Shown: positions 49,839 through 63,183 of the stretch, in pieces
Numbering within the stretch: position 1 is the stretch's first letter
Layout: every line of letters begins with the position of its first letter
Assembly: GCA_047495785.1 (NCBI GenBank)
Contig: JBLDXI010000046.1
Coordinates: 1-64,000 of the forward strand
DNA: 64,000 nt
Origin: Lepidodermella squamata
Lineage: Eukaryota; Animalia; Gastrotricha
Direction of reading: 5' to 3'
Made by a program: the position numbers and the translations under genes
Notes under the pieces: model-generated
What the model saw: the letters and a program-made list of their open reading frames with translations, nothing else
Database searches by the model: none
What the model was told of the DNA's origin: nothing

Positions 49839-52710
49839 TTAACGGAGTTTCATAGCGAATATAGCGTCATATACGTCCTTCATTTCCTGAAAAATTAGAT
49901 ATATTGAAGCTGATATTTGCTATTTGCATCCATCGGCTTCGCAAACTGAAACAAAATCAGAGCACATTTTAGTTGCCTAGAAATTTGAAAAGATGTAATT
50001 CCGAAAGGGAGTCGCAGCTTTATGTAGCAAGAATATTGTTGCCGTACCTTCAGCAACTGAAAATAACTTGGATACAAGTAAATTCTTCATAGGTGGCTAC
50101 GGTGCTAACTTACGCTTTGAGCAGTCGGACCCGGTGAAACCCGCATCGCAGACGCACGTGTTCGGGGCGACGCATTGGCCTCGCAGGAAACATCGCTTCT
50201 GGCATACAGCTTTAGAAGATAAAATATAAAAATTATCAATAAAAAAAAATAAATCAGTAATTGGATCAAACTATTTTTATGGCTAATCTTAGGGATTCTG
50301 ACTTCGGGTTTATTTTGAAATATTAATTTAAAATTGGGATAAAAATTAAACTAAACGGTAACAAGTGAGGTTTGGCGAGATTTATGACACCGTGAGATTT
50401 CGATGCCCCTTTCAAGATCAAGTAACGAGGATTCGAACGATATCAAAAGGGGGGTTTATAGTCACCAGGGTTGCTGAGAAATGGGCTGAAAAGTTTCGAA
50501 GCTTCAAATTTCCGAAAAATGCGGTCCCACAAAATTTGGTTTCTACATTGCATCAATAATTCGTCGCGCAATATATTCTGATGTTATTTATTATGATTTT
50601 GTAGTATCAAGCTAATGCTTCAACGTCAACCTTAATCTACAGGCCTTTTCGGCTTTGGGGTTCTTTCGTCTTTTGAGGAGGATGGGAGCCTCGTAGATCT
50701 GAATTTAGAAAATTCGGAATCCTCGAGAAAAACTGAGTAAGAACATTCAGGAATCCAAGAATCGTCCCTCTTCAAGTCGCCAAATCCCACTTTTCACTTG
50801 TTAACAATCAAAAGATACTGAATAATTCCACAAACGTGCTAAACAATCTGGTGGCTTCCAGTCAGACGTGCAGAGGCATCGACCAGGGCGAACACACGTT
50901 CCGCCATTTGCACAACCGGCCGGGCATAAAGCTGCAGAAAACAAGTAACTGATCATCGTTCGATTACCTTATGACAATGAGAAATTACGCGTATCGCAAC
51001 GTCCACCAGTCCACCCCGGAGCGCAGGTGCATACGTCGACAGCCGAGCAGTTACCTCCGAGGCCACACGCTGGACTACATGCCGCTTTGAATTCAAAGCA
51101 GATTTTTAAACAATTCCTATACAGGAATAATCGTTCGAACTTACGCCTGCGGCAATCCCAACCAGTCCAACCTGCTTGGCATGTGCATTTGTAGCCACCA
51201 AGGCGGGACAGATCCCCAACACATGACTTGGGTTGACAATTTGGGGCGCACGTGATTTCTGTTCAATTTTCGTGCAAACAGTTATGAATATGTAGAATGA
51301 AGTGACAAGTATTGCTGCGCTTAAGTTTCATTCAAGAGTAAATACTTTTAATTTGTAGTACTCCAGATTTCAAAGGGTTTAAATTTAACTTTAAATTTGA
51401 CGGTTAACTTAAGTGGAGTAAAGTTTCACTTAAGTGCAAAGTAGGATCTGGCGTATTTTCTGCATTTTTAAGCATATTACAGAACGTGGGACGATTCTTG
51501 GATTCCTAAACGTTCTTATTCAGTTCTTATTAACGAAGATTTCGAATGTTCAACATCGAGACCTCTACGACATGAGACGTAGCTAGGACGCCGAAGCTTG
51601 AATCCTGCCATGCAAAGTAACATGTAGGCGTATGCATGCTTGAATATTCTGAATAATTTCCCTTGTGCAAAAATTAAAATTTCAGGGTTAAAAAAAACTA
51701 ATTACTTTAATAATCCCTGAAATTTAAAAAATATTAAGTTGAAGTTTCGAAAGGTTTAAAAATCATAGGCGTCGATGGTTACGAAGCTAGAAAATTCCCC
51801 AAACTCGTCTTCTCACTTGTTAACGGTTATTTTTAGTTCATGGGAGTTGAATGAGGAGGGCGAATAAAAATGGCCTAAGATCCTCTTAAACCTCTGGGTA
51901 TGCCTTACGATTGATAAGCTGGCATTGCTGTCTCAAAATCGCCATTTGTCCGAGGGATAACACAGCTTTGTGTACTGAAACACAGGCGTACTTCATGTTG
52001 AACGTATAAATGTCCCTATAGAAGACAATTGAGCATGTATTCAACCATCAGTCTTCTTTCTTGATGAATTTGACAGTTGCTAACCTTTTTCCTAGCGTCA
52101 ATAGGGAGCTGGTTGAGGCTGGAGAGTTGCTGAAACTTGGAGTGATTGCTGTGTCACAGACACCGTAAAACGATGAGTTTGCCGCGTTGTAAATCATCGC
52201 AACAAATTGCCACGCTGTGAAATCACACGCAATTTCCGTCCAGTTTACGTTTAGATTGGACACGTATAAAAAATTTGGTGTCTGATCCCCGTCAGCTTGT
52301 TTACTATAACGCCATATATGACCTTTCGCATCTCCATTTGCGCTCCACTCGAAAATACCACTTTTTCGTGGGGCGAAGACATAACCAGCTATTGTGAACG
52401 AAGATGTGCCCATGTCGATTCTAGAATCGTTAACTTCAATCCAACTTGTTGTATCAGCTTTGTTAGTCTCCCAAGCTGTATTCGGGGCTCCGAACGGTCC
52501 CTGGGCCAACACACCCATGTTTGTTCTGAAAGCAGCGTCCAGCGAAATGCCAGATGCGTCACGTGTGCCGAACAGCTCGTTAAATGGCCAAAACGCTACC
52601 AAATTTGGAAAATTGAACGCTTGATTCGTCTTGAATTGTGCGACATAAGTCTGGCCATTCACTATTAGAGAGTGAACCAGGCAAATGGCAGGTATTAAAC
52701 TTAATTTCAT
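49839..52710 (-). CDS. Secreted LamG/concanavalin-A-like domain protein with four WIF1-type EGF repeats, multi-exon
   Basis: Signal peptide MKLSLIPAICLVHSLIVNG; LVAFWPFNE, SFTIAGYV, WQFVAMIYN; EGF exons CTCQAGWTGWDC, CTCAPGWTGGRC, CANGGTCVRPGRCLC, CVAPNTCVCDAGFTGSDC. The 3' end is approximate. Confidence 0.8.
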
Positions 52711-54423
52711 ATAACGCGAGAAATTGACAAATTTTATGCACGGAAATGAAGCTGTAAGCAAAATTAACAAGAATTTTACGCCGTGTGGGTAGAGAAATTT
52801 CGTGAATAATGAATGAGCGAACGATCGTTCACGGGTTCCGGGCAAGAACAGCAAGATTTCGTTTTACGATCAACTATGATTAGAATGTCACACCATGCAT
52901 GCATATATTTTTCGACGATATGATGGTTGGTGGATTCGATTTTAACGTGAGTCGTGCTATTCACACTATTCGTACGCTGTTTTTCATGGTGAAAGCTGAG
53001 CATTGGGTTAGCATTGTAATCATGAATACCGTAAATATTCAAATACTAGCCCATTCGCGAAGTGTAACCCATCTCGAATAGAGGCCCACCCAAGCAATGA
53101 TACATTGACCTATAGAAGCCCATCTCGAATAGAAGCCCGGGCTATTATACGTAATTTAGAACTGCTATAACAAAGAAACTCGATTGAATCATTTTTCGCC
53201 TGTAAAACAGCGATTCTATAGCTTCATATGCAAAATGAAAATGATGATGATTCAAATGGTGAAGGAGAGCCTATGAATAACAGTGATTACAGCGACGATG
53301 GGGCGAAAAGTTTCCTAGAAGATTTCGTTTTGCGATCGACTATGCTAGTCACATCGCGCCGACGCCTTGCATGCGCTATGCTAGTCGATTGTTTCGATTT
53401 TCACGCGAGTCGCGTCTCACATTGTCTTTCATTAACTTCATGAGGTTTCATTGCGTTTGAGGTTAAAGTTGAAGAAAGTTTCAAGCAGCTTGGTCAGTTA
53501 GTCGTACGCCCATGACCTGCGTTCTTTAATTATCAATAGAATTATCTCGTCGAGATGAATCGTTTGATATCAAATTCGAGCAGTTTTGCGATTTATTCAT
53601 GCGATTATATGCTGGAGATTTCATAGTTCCTGAAGAAAATTCGACTCTCTCAACAAATCTCCCCTGAAGTTGCGGGAAAATCGAAAGTGCGGTACTTGCT
53701 TGGGGTAAAACTTGGAAACTAGGTCAAACCTGGTACAGGTAGCAATATAAAATTTTAGAAAATATTCTGATAAATATACCCGTCCAATTTCCCCAAACAG
53801 CCTTGAAAAGGCCGAATTCCTAACGTTAACAGAGGATTTCACTTCAATCAATTCAAGAAAATCTAAAATGCCATAAGAATAGTAATTTTAAGTAAGTCTA
53901 ATTTGAATGGGATTAAAATAAATCCGAAAAGATTTGATCCAACCAGGTAAAAACCGATAATTACTGAACCAGCTACCATCGGGATTTCGAGGGTTTTTCC
54001 GGTAAATTTACAATTTCTTCGGTAAAATCGAGGATAAATGATGGCAGATTGGCTTCATTTATATAACTCGATTTAATTTCTTTAAAAAAATTGCAAAGAA
54101 TTGCAAAATGGTTGCGCAACTTATGGGGCACGCTGTAGCTTGTTCGAAAAGACCATAGAGGCCAGGTTCGCCAGGGTTTTTGCCAGGTACGGTATCGAAA
54201 CTACCGGAATAACATTCTGCTAGCCGGATTTTAGTCACTAAACGCATTTAGGTCAAAAATATTATCAAAAATTGCACATATTTTAATTGTTCAATAGGCT
54301 GCAGGTGAAAAAAACACGGATATAAAAAAGCAATATAAACCAATAATTATAATATCAATCGTCGCGTGATAATAAAAAATAGCTCAATGCGCAAATGATT
54401 TCTGAAAATTCAATCCAAAATCC

Positions 54424-56609
54424 TCAGTTCGGCCTATTAACAGTCACCGGGTAAATTCCGAACATAACAACCGGCGTGAAGCATATGCAGGCGAGGTAAA
54501 GCAGGCCGACCACGCGTTCGGTAACAACGGCTAAAAAGTGCCACTGAGCCTCGCGGTACGTTAAATTGTCGCTCCCTGTAAAAACGCCGACAACATCGCC
54601 AACTTCCGCTTTCTGTCCCTCCCTCATTCGCCGGTCAGCCATGTTCGTTTTAGGCCTCGAATCGCCGCCGTTGATATCGTGAAAATCCGTCCCATTCATG
54701 CCATTCATAACGCCTTTAACCCCATTCGCGACATTTTTCGAATTGCCATTAAGGTGGTTTTCGTCCGATTTTTCGGTATTATTATTACCGTTTTCGGTAT
54801 TTTCCGGGATTTTTCGGGTACTTCTCGGAATTTTTGAGCGAAGATTGACGACGGTTGCTACTACGCAAGTGACGCTGAATAACCAATTCGGCATTCGAGT
54901 TGCTGTTGATTCGTTGTTTTCTTCAATCATGCTCAGGGCGTAGAGCGCAAAACCTTCGCCCAACTGAGGAAAAAATCGAGAGAAATCGGAAAAAATTCCA
55001 GAAAATTCCAGAAAAATTACCATCGATATTGAGATAAAAGCCATTTGTAGATTAATGTAAATCGATAGCAAAGGTATATGCTGACTGGATCTAAAAATCG
55101 AAATAATATTTTCGAATTCAGGTCAAGATATTTTAGAATTTTGAAAATTTGGCAAAATTTTGAATTTTCAAAAAATTTGCAAATTCGATCCAAGATTTCT
55201 CAGAAATTTGAAATTAGGAAAATTTCAACGGAAATTTGAAATTTTGAAAAATTGAAAAAATTGAAAATTAAAATATGAAAAAATTGAAAATTAAATTCGT
55301 TTCTGGAAATTCTCACCTTGGTAAATCGCCAACAACCATCAGTTGAAATACGGAATAGGCTAGTAGACACGTGAATGAAATTTCAACCTTTTCGACATGT
55401 CCCACTGGAACGCCGAAATTCGCAAGGTGAGCAATAGAAATAAGGCAACTGGGTATGACCACGTTCATCCTAAAATAATCAAAAATTTAGAGAAAATTCT
55501 TAGATTTTCAATATTTTTACATGTAATATTCGATTTTTCGCTTCACGGTGAAATGAAATTCAAGATGATCGAACGAGGCGCTAGGATCGGCATAGGTAAC
55601 ATTGACCTTGGTCTGGGTTGTTGCTATCAAGTCCCATTGTTCATTTTCTTTGAAATATTTTTTCGATACATTGCCAACAAAATACAGCGACATGAATTGC
55701 CTCGTGTATCGCCAACTAATTATTTTAGATTTAAATAAAATTTATAAAAAAAAATATTAAATTCGCGACATACCTTTCGAGCTCTAAAGAACAGGTCTGT
55801 AAAATTATGAATTTTTTTAAATTTCATTACCCAACATTTGTAATTTTTTACCTGAGTATCGAATGGGAAAAGCGTCAAATCCAATTCGCAATAGACCGAA
55901 AATGTCCCACCAGGGCTGTATAAAATGTAACCATTCGAGTAAACTCGAACTTTTTCATCGTCTTTCCCCATCAGGATGTAACGACTTTCAGAATTCATCT
56001 AAAAATATGAGAAATTCTGAATTTTAAAGGAATTATTTTTAAATAATTACCTGAGCTATGTCTGGCAGCCAAACTTCGTCAGCAGGGAGTACTAAAAAAT
56101 GTAAAAAAAGTTTAAATATTGAAAAATTTAAATTTCAACTACGAACCAACATATTCAACGCAATTGTAAGGAAAGTCTTTAATCCAATATCTGAAATGAT
56201 CCTCCCATCTCTGAAATTAAATATTGAAAATTAAACAAAAATAAAATTTAAAAATTTACCACACTCAGATATCCAGTGATTTTCATAATTCGCTCTCTTT
56301 CAATCTAAAACGGGATTTTTTAAATTTCAATAATTTTTTAAAATTTTCAAATCTTACGACGTCGTTGATTTGGGACACGCCAAAGGTAAGGTAAACATCA
56401 ACAGAGTCATTAGCGTTCAACCTTGGCCGCTGCCATTTTCCATATGGAGTAAAATATTTATCCGCAACTTGTTGCTCTGTAACCGCAGATTCAGGATTTT
56501 CACGCTTGCAACCAGCCGCTTTTGTTTTCGGCGGGCCAAATGGCTGTTGGCAGCGAGCCAAAATTATTAAATTAATCAGCAATAAATTTATTTTCATAAA
56601 ATTCGACAT
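54424..56609 (-). CDS. Cys-loop ligand-gated ion channel subunit (nAChR/5-HT3-like, non-alpha), paralog 1
   Basis: RP...V, VWLPDIA, CELDLTLFPFDTQTC, M2 HVEKVEISFTCLLAYSVFQLMVVGDLP, EAQWHFLAVVTERV before M4. Confidence 0.92.
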
Positions 56610-56679
56610 TTTTAAGGAATTTCTAAAAAATTTGAAAAATTTGAAAAAATTATTTCAATTTTTTTAAATGGATTTTGTT

Positions 56680-59536
56680 TTATGAAGCAACGCTTGGGTA
56701 AATATTAAACATGACTATAGGTGTTATGACAATACATAGAATGTATAAAATGGCGCCGAGTCTTTCAATAACACGGGCTACAAATCGCCACTGCTCCTCG
56801 CGGAACTCGAGTTCCGCATCGCGGTAAGCCGAATTTCCGCCAAAAATAACGTCATCGATCGAACTTTTCGATTTTCTCCCCATAGAATTCGGCCCATAAT
56901 CGTGGATTCCAATGATAATTGAAGATATGCCGAATTTGTACTTAGAATTGTCTTTCGGAATTTTCGAACCGAGCCCAATGGCGTGGCCAATGAAGCGGAA
57001 CGTGTTGTAGGCGAGTGGGGAAATTTGAACTTTACTACCGCCGTTGTCTTCTACCATACTTAATGCGTATAATGCGCCGCCCTCGATTAGCTGAAATTAA
57101 AAGATTAATTTAGAAATCGACATCAGACGTGTTTTTTTGAGACGCAAACCATTGAGAGGGCAATATAGGCCATTTGAAGATCGATGTAGATTAACAGAAG
57201 AGGAATGTTGTCACTTGATCTGCAATTATTAAATTATAGGAAAAAAAATCGAATCTTTTAGTCACGCAAATTTCAAGCCGCGTTACAGATTTTTTTGACC
57301 TAATACCTTGGCATATCGGCGACGACCATGAGTTGAAACACGGAATATGCCAAAAGGCATGTGAATGAAATTTCGACCTTTTCAATATGACCGACTGGGA
57401 CGCCAAAATTGGCCATGTGGGCGATTGAAATTAAAACGCTTGGAATGATAACATTGAGCCTGGTAAAACAAAATAAAAAAAGGATTTTTTTTGAAATTTT
57501 TGAAATTTTCTTAAAATGTTTTAAAATATTTCGAAAAATTCAATTTTTTGAAATTATAAAATTTTGAAATTTTGTAAACTTACATGTAATATTGGATTTT
57601 TCGTTTGATTTTGAAGTGGAATTCAAGGTGGTCGAAGGATACGCTTGGGTCGGCGTACGACACGTCGATTTTAGATTGGGACAATGAGACGAGTTGCCAC
57701 TGTTCATTTTCCTTGAAATATTTTCTCGAAATATTCCCAACAAAATTTAGCGACATGTATTGCCGAGAATAGCGCCAACTGAAATTAAGAAAACAAATTT
57801 TAAAGAATAATTTTTAGCATTTATTCACCTTTCCAGCTCCAACGAGCATGTCTGTAAAAATTTGAAAATTTTTGAAAATTTTGAAAATTGAAAATTTTTT
57901 AATTCACCTGAGTATCGAATGGAAACAGAGCGAGATTATATTCGCAATAAATTTCAATGGTACCGCCAGGGCTGAATATAGAGTAGCCATTCGAGTAGAC
58001 GCGAACTTTCTCGTCGTCTCGGCCCATCAAAGTGTAACGGCCTTCTGAATTCATCTGAAAAATTTGACAAAAAATCAATTAAAAAATGGAACGGTGGCGG
58101 GCGAATGACGCAAGTAAAAGCTGCAAAATAATGGAATTTTCGATGAAGTCCCAACGGTATATAGAAACGCCAACTGCTATTTGTGAGTTTTCATTCGATA
58201 ATTAGAGGTTGATTTGTCTGGGAATTAAAAAAATACCTGAGCGAGATCTGGAAGCCAGACAATAGTCGACGGAACGACTGGGAAAGTTTTACCAACATTA
58301 AATTCCAAGAAAATGAAAGGTGCAGATATTACCGACGTAGTCGATACAACTCAGAGGGAAGTCTTCTCGCCAAGCTCTTAGTTCATCCACCCATCGCTGA
58401 AAAAAATGGAAATTAAAAATTAAAATCTATACTTATATGTAAAATTATTTTGTTCAAATTTTTAAGTGATGTGATTAAATTACTAGATTTCATGTATTTA
58501 AAAATTTAAAAAAAATGTGGATAAAGTCCAAAATAAATCCTAGAGTCAAATTATAGGCTCCATCATTCAAGCAATCAGTGATTGATTTTGAGTATCGGAA
58601 AAATCACTGAATTGTATAATCGATACTTGAAATCGATATGGAATCTGAAGGCACAGGATAATAACGCGTATACTACTCCAACCCATTGGCTCTAATTTAA
58701 TTTGATTTTGCCAATAAATCGTATCGGTTTTATAAATCAATCACTTCAAATCGAATTCCGATAATTCATTGTTTAACTAAAAAAATTGAATTACATAATA
58801 TTATAGTCTAAACAAAAACTATGCGTGCTCTTGAGATCCGCAGGGAAATTTGTTCCGATCGGGTAAAAAACCGAAAATTACCGAATCAGTTACAATCGGT
58901 TTGTCCCTGGTTATTTCGGTAATTTTCCCACATTTTCGGACTGGAGGATGGGATCCTCAAAGCGTTTTCAACCTCGATCGTTGGGACATCCAGAATTCAG
59001 GATTCCACGAGGCTGGGGTTTCAGTTGTGATTTGCACCAAGCCCAGCAATCCCATTTTGGCATCAGGAAGCTTCAAAAGCTTCATTTTCGTGAATAGCCT
59101 TTATTATATCGAAGTCACTGTAACGAGGGACTTGAAACCTTATTATTGGGAAAAATTCCAGAGCTGAAGCTTCAAATTCAGTACTTCAATCACTAAAAGG
59201 CTATGTATCAGAACAATTTTAGGGATTAAAATGGCTAACCACACTGAGGTATCCGGAAATTCTCATAATTCGATACCGCTCGATAACGTCGTTGATCTGC
59301 GAAAATCCGAACGTTAAAAACACCTCGACGGTATCGTTGCCGTTCAATTTCGGCCGTTGCCAATTGCCGTAAGGATCGAAATATTTCCGCGATATTTGCT
59401 GCTCGGATGCCCTAACCGAATCATTGTAGGGCATTGAACACCCTGGCGCGGGTGAAGAGGGTGGCCCAAATGGCTGTTGCCCGATCGTCATTCCAAAAAA
59501 TGTCCAAAAAACGAGAACATGAAGTAGTGGTAACAT
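56680..59536 (-). CDS. Cys-loop ligand-gated ion channel subunit, paralog 2
   Basis: QQPFGPP N-terminus shared with paralog 1; VWLPDLA; CEYNLALFPFDTQTC; HIEKVEISFTCLLAYSVFQLMVVADMP; EEQWRFVARVIERL. Confidence 0.92.
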
Positions 59537-61255
59537 TTCGATAAAATTAGGACCTATAACCATAAATCTAGATAAAAATAACAGGTATAATGCCTCGCGG
59601 GGCGAATAATGCAAGGTTTTTGCGATAGTAGCGATGCACCTTGGGATTTCTCGCAATTCGAGTCATGCGATGAAATAAGATTGTTGCTAAGATGCCGCCC
59701 GGACGTCTCAGCCCCAGGTGGCAGCAAATACGCAGTTGAAATGTTTCTTTTTAATATGCACTGGAAGTCGATAATAAATAAAAATGAATAATTTCAGGTT
59801 GAATTGAATATTTTTTCAAATTTGTTTTTATAAAGATTAGCGTTGATTGAATATAATTTTTTACAGGTGATTCCGGAACAATTCTTTTCGCCTATATGCT
59901 TAATTATTATTCTATAATATTTTCACTATATAATAACAGGTGTGAAAATATGAAATCAATTTAGTATCGATCGATTGCCGGTATAAAAAAGCATTCATTA
60001 CAATTTCTGTTGACGGGAAATAGAATTTATATAATATACATAAGTATGCTACTTAAGTACTTATATAATCGGCGTAATAATTCAAAATTACCTTGAGTGA
60101 ATTTCCGATAGATTTGTTGTTTTTTCCTTTCTCTGTAGGTGTGCCTAATTAACCTCTTTAATGTTGCGTTCCAGTTCTAGAATACCTACGAATGTGATTT
60201 TTCAATAAGCGTGCTGCCACGAAAATTGATATTGATCGATTATCGTCAATATTGCGATTTTCAATTCGTTATTTTTATGCGAGAAACCCAAAAATCACAA
60301 TTTAATGTGATCAATCATCACCCGAATTGAAGAAATAAATCGCTGATAATCGATAATCGATACTCGATATCACGTGTACAATTTCAAGACGGGTCGGGGG
60401 GTAACAGAGACTTAAAAGTACTTGAAAGTATCGACTCAAAATGAGGGAAAAATTGCTAACGAACGGGTTAGTATGGGTTTCCAAGGTGATGGGTTCTTCT
60501 TCGCGGTCCTACTTCGCTCTATGCCATAGCCTCAGAAGGTGATGGGTTCTGAGACTATGGCATAGAGCGAAGTAGAACGGTGGAACTGGTAGGGATAATA
60601 ACAAACATCGACATTAGGGTCCCCTCTTTGGTCTTCGACTGAGCTCACAGCTCACCCTACGGACCGATGGAACTGGCCTCTACCATCCTTAGCGGTACTT
60701 CGCAACCTATGAGTTGCAAAGGTTTTAATTTGGAAACATTAAAGATCCAACCTAAATTCAGCTTCTCGCAATTTTTAAATCAAACGGTCATTTTACGATT
60801 TTCGTTCTGATGTTCACTCGGTTTTTTCGATTTTTTATCGAATCTTCGCGATGAACGTCGAGAACGTTTTCTATGTGCTGGAGCTATTTGAACTATCGGC
60901 TCGTCAAATCAACTTTACTCGATGAGTTAACCTCGGCTCGTCGCCGATCTGATCAATCGATTTTCAAGCTCAATCGTGTTGTCGATCGGGTTCCAAGAAG
61001 ACAGTGCCTTTGAACCAGTTCGAGCCAGTAACTAAGGCTGATGGAATACATGGCACGACATCCGTTATGGTAATTTCCAGGAAGAAAGCTGCCGGGATTT
61101 TGCGATTGTCTCAGAGGAGCTCTGTGTTAGAGGTGAGGCTGAGGGCTGCTCGATCCTCGAGCCCTGCCAGTTTAAGCACGAGCTGATTTGAATAATGAAG
61201 CTATTTAGCGATCCTCGGGTATATTCATTGTGTGACCACTTAAAAGTCCAATCCA

Positions 61256-61525
61256 ATGCGCACGCTGATTGGTCAATCGATCGTTGCTATGACTCCCGGA
61301 TGAAACGTTCTGTCGTGCGATCCATAAGATTTTTTGCAACAAGTGTTTTTTGCCGCAGGAATTCACCACGATATGGAGTTTACGCTCGTGGTCAATGGAA
61401 ACCGGGCAGAGGGTGTGGCAAGGTCTTTTTTTCATAAATATAAAATAATTAATTTGTGGATCGCACGGCAGAAATGTTTCATTCCGGAGTCATTAGCAAC
61501 GAGAAATTGACCAATCAGCGTGCGC
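61256..61525. mobile_element. Small MITE-like inverted repeat (~70 bp arms)
   Basis: TGCGCACGCTGATTGGTCAAT...CGTGCGATCCA mirrored by TGGATCGCACGG...ATTGACCAATCAGCGTGCGCA. Confidence 0.75.
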
Positions 61526-62817
61526 ACCAAGGTTCAACTTACCAGAGGTTCCACAATGCCTCGTTTTCATATTGAAATAGACAACTGTCCAATATCGCTT
61601 AGAACTTGAAACCACAGTGCATTGCAAATAAATCAAATTCGGGTCTTTCATGGTTAATGCAGATTCGGTAGTTCCAATTAGGAGTCCAACTTTACGAGTT
61701 ACATCCACTTCAAACTTTCATTAAGTGTCAAAGGTCTTTCAAACAATGATTTTTAAGATGTATCCTGCTTTTGATCCACCACGCATTGAGTTAGAAGAAA
61801 TTCTATATCTTGAAATAATTAGCCGCATAAGACATGACTGTATTCTTAGTGAATCACTCCGACAAAATTAGCCACTCTGACGCATTCAAGGCGAAAATTT
61901 AATCAAATAGCAAGTAGGTGTTTTAGGTGTAATGATCAAAATGCCTGGTGAGTGCTTGTTGGGGCCCGAGTCCGAATTCTGCTTGTACGCGTTCGGGCAG
62001 GCCCGTATGCGACCGGGCAGCAGCACTTTACGAATCAGGCTAGGCCCCCAACCCAGTGTGCGACTTTCAGGGGGGGATGGGGGGGATCATCCCCCCCAGC
62101 TTGGCCGGGCCAGACAACAAAATGAGAATTTATCCCACTGTTTTGTTAATTTTGGAAGGTTCTGGGGCGTGTTTTAGTGGAAAATCTCCAAAATTTTCTC
62201 GCTTCGCTCGGTTATTAGCCGAAATGACTCGTCCAACATCTTCAAACAGCAAAAAAAATTTTTCCATCCCCGGGAGCTCGCGGATCGAAGATCGCACCCT
62301 GCCCCAACCTGATCACTTGGGAATTTTAGTTGGGAGTTTTAGTTAGAAGCTATTACGACCGACTTAGGTCAATCGATTGCCTTGCCTTGTTAAATCAAAT
62401 CTTTCCCTCTGTTCGCGATATTTCCTCTGTGAAGTCGACGTTTACATCGAGATTTAGATCATTGCAACATGAATAAGGATTGTATTTAATCCGCTACTGA
62501 TATGCTTCTTTTATATCCATATTATTTCACGCGTGTCATCGCGGTTGGAAGCGTTGAACAAATTAACCAGCAGACATTATCGTGCTAATTAGCCCATCGC
62601 AAGTAATTTCTAAGACACGCGCAATGCGCATTATTAATAAAAATACAAAGAAAGATCACCTGTCGTGCATGCGACACATTTGGCGTGGCTTCAAGTAAAG
62701 CAGGAACATGTTGCGCGGCTTTGTTGTTCAATTCACAGGCCTATAAAAGTTCTCAAAATCGGCTATAATAAATATCTATTTTTCCATAGATAGTCAAACT
62801 TTTTGAAGCTTCGAATC

Positions 62818-63183
62818 ATGCTTTATCGGTACATTTTAATGGCTGTGCTAAGCTTTTCCATTGTTAAAGCTGATACTCTCAAAATCTTGCTACCTGTCCT
62901 ACTTCCAATGACAGGCGACGATCCTCGAAACGGTGAAGGATGCCGAGCTGGCGTTGATGTAGCTATTGATGCTTTCAATGCTAGACGCGCAAAAGACTAC
63001 ACCGTCGAGCCGGTCTACTTGGACGAGGCTGGCGGTGCTCTGCAGGCTGCGAAGCGGCTAGTGGAATTCACGAGGCGTGGCCTAGGCCCATCAGAACAGC
63101 TCGCCCCAGTTGTTGTCGGGCCCTACTTTACCGGTGGATGCAAGGCAGTGGCGACGTTCGTACACCACCTTAATATGGTTCAG
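62818..63183 (+). CDS. First exon of a Venus-flytrap (ANF-receptor family) protein, GABA-B-receptor-like or receptor guanylyl cyclase-like; continues beyond this exon
   Basis: Signal peptide; LLPMTG...GEGCRAGVDVAIDAFN...DYTVEPVYLD...AAKRL...VVVGPY..GCKAVATFVHHLNMVQ followed by GTAATA donor; TATAAAA at ~62742. Confidence 0.75.

Noticed and set aside
56609-56700. Cis-spliced fusion of the two channel genes into a concatemer
   Set aside because: The nearest candidate donor (AGC|GTTGCT) joined to the acceptor is out of frame with the downstream ATG, and the downstream gene has its own signal peptide
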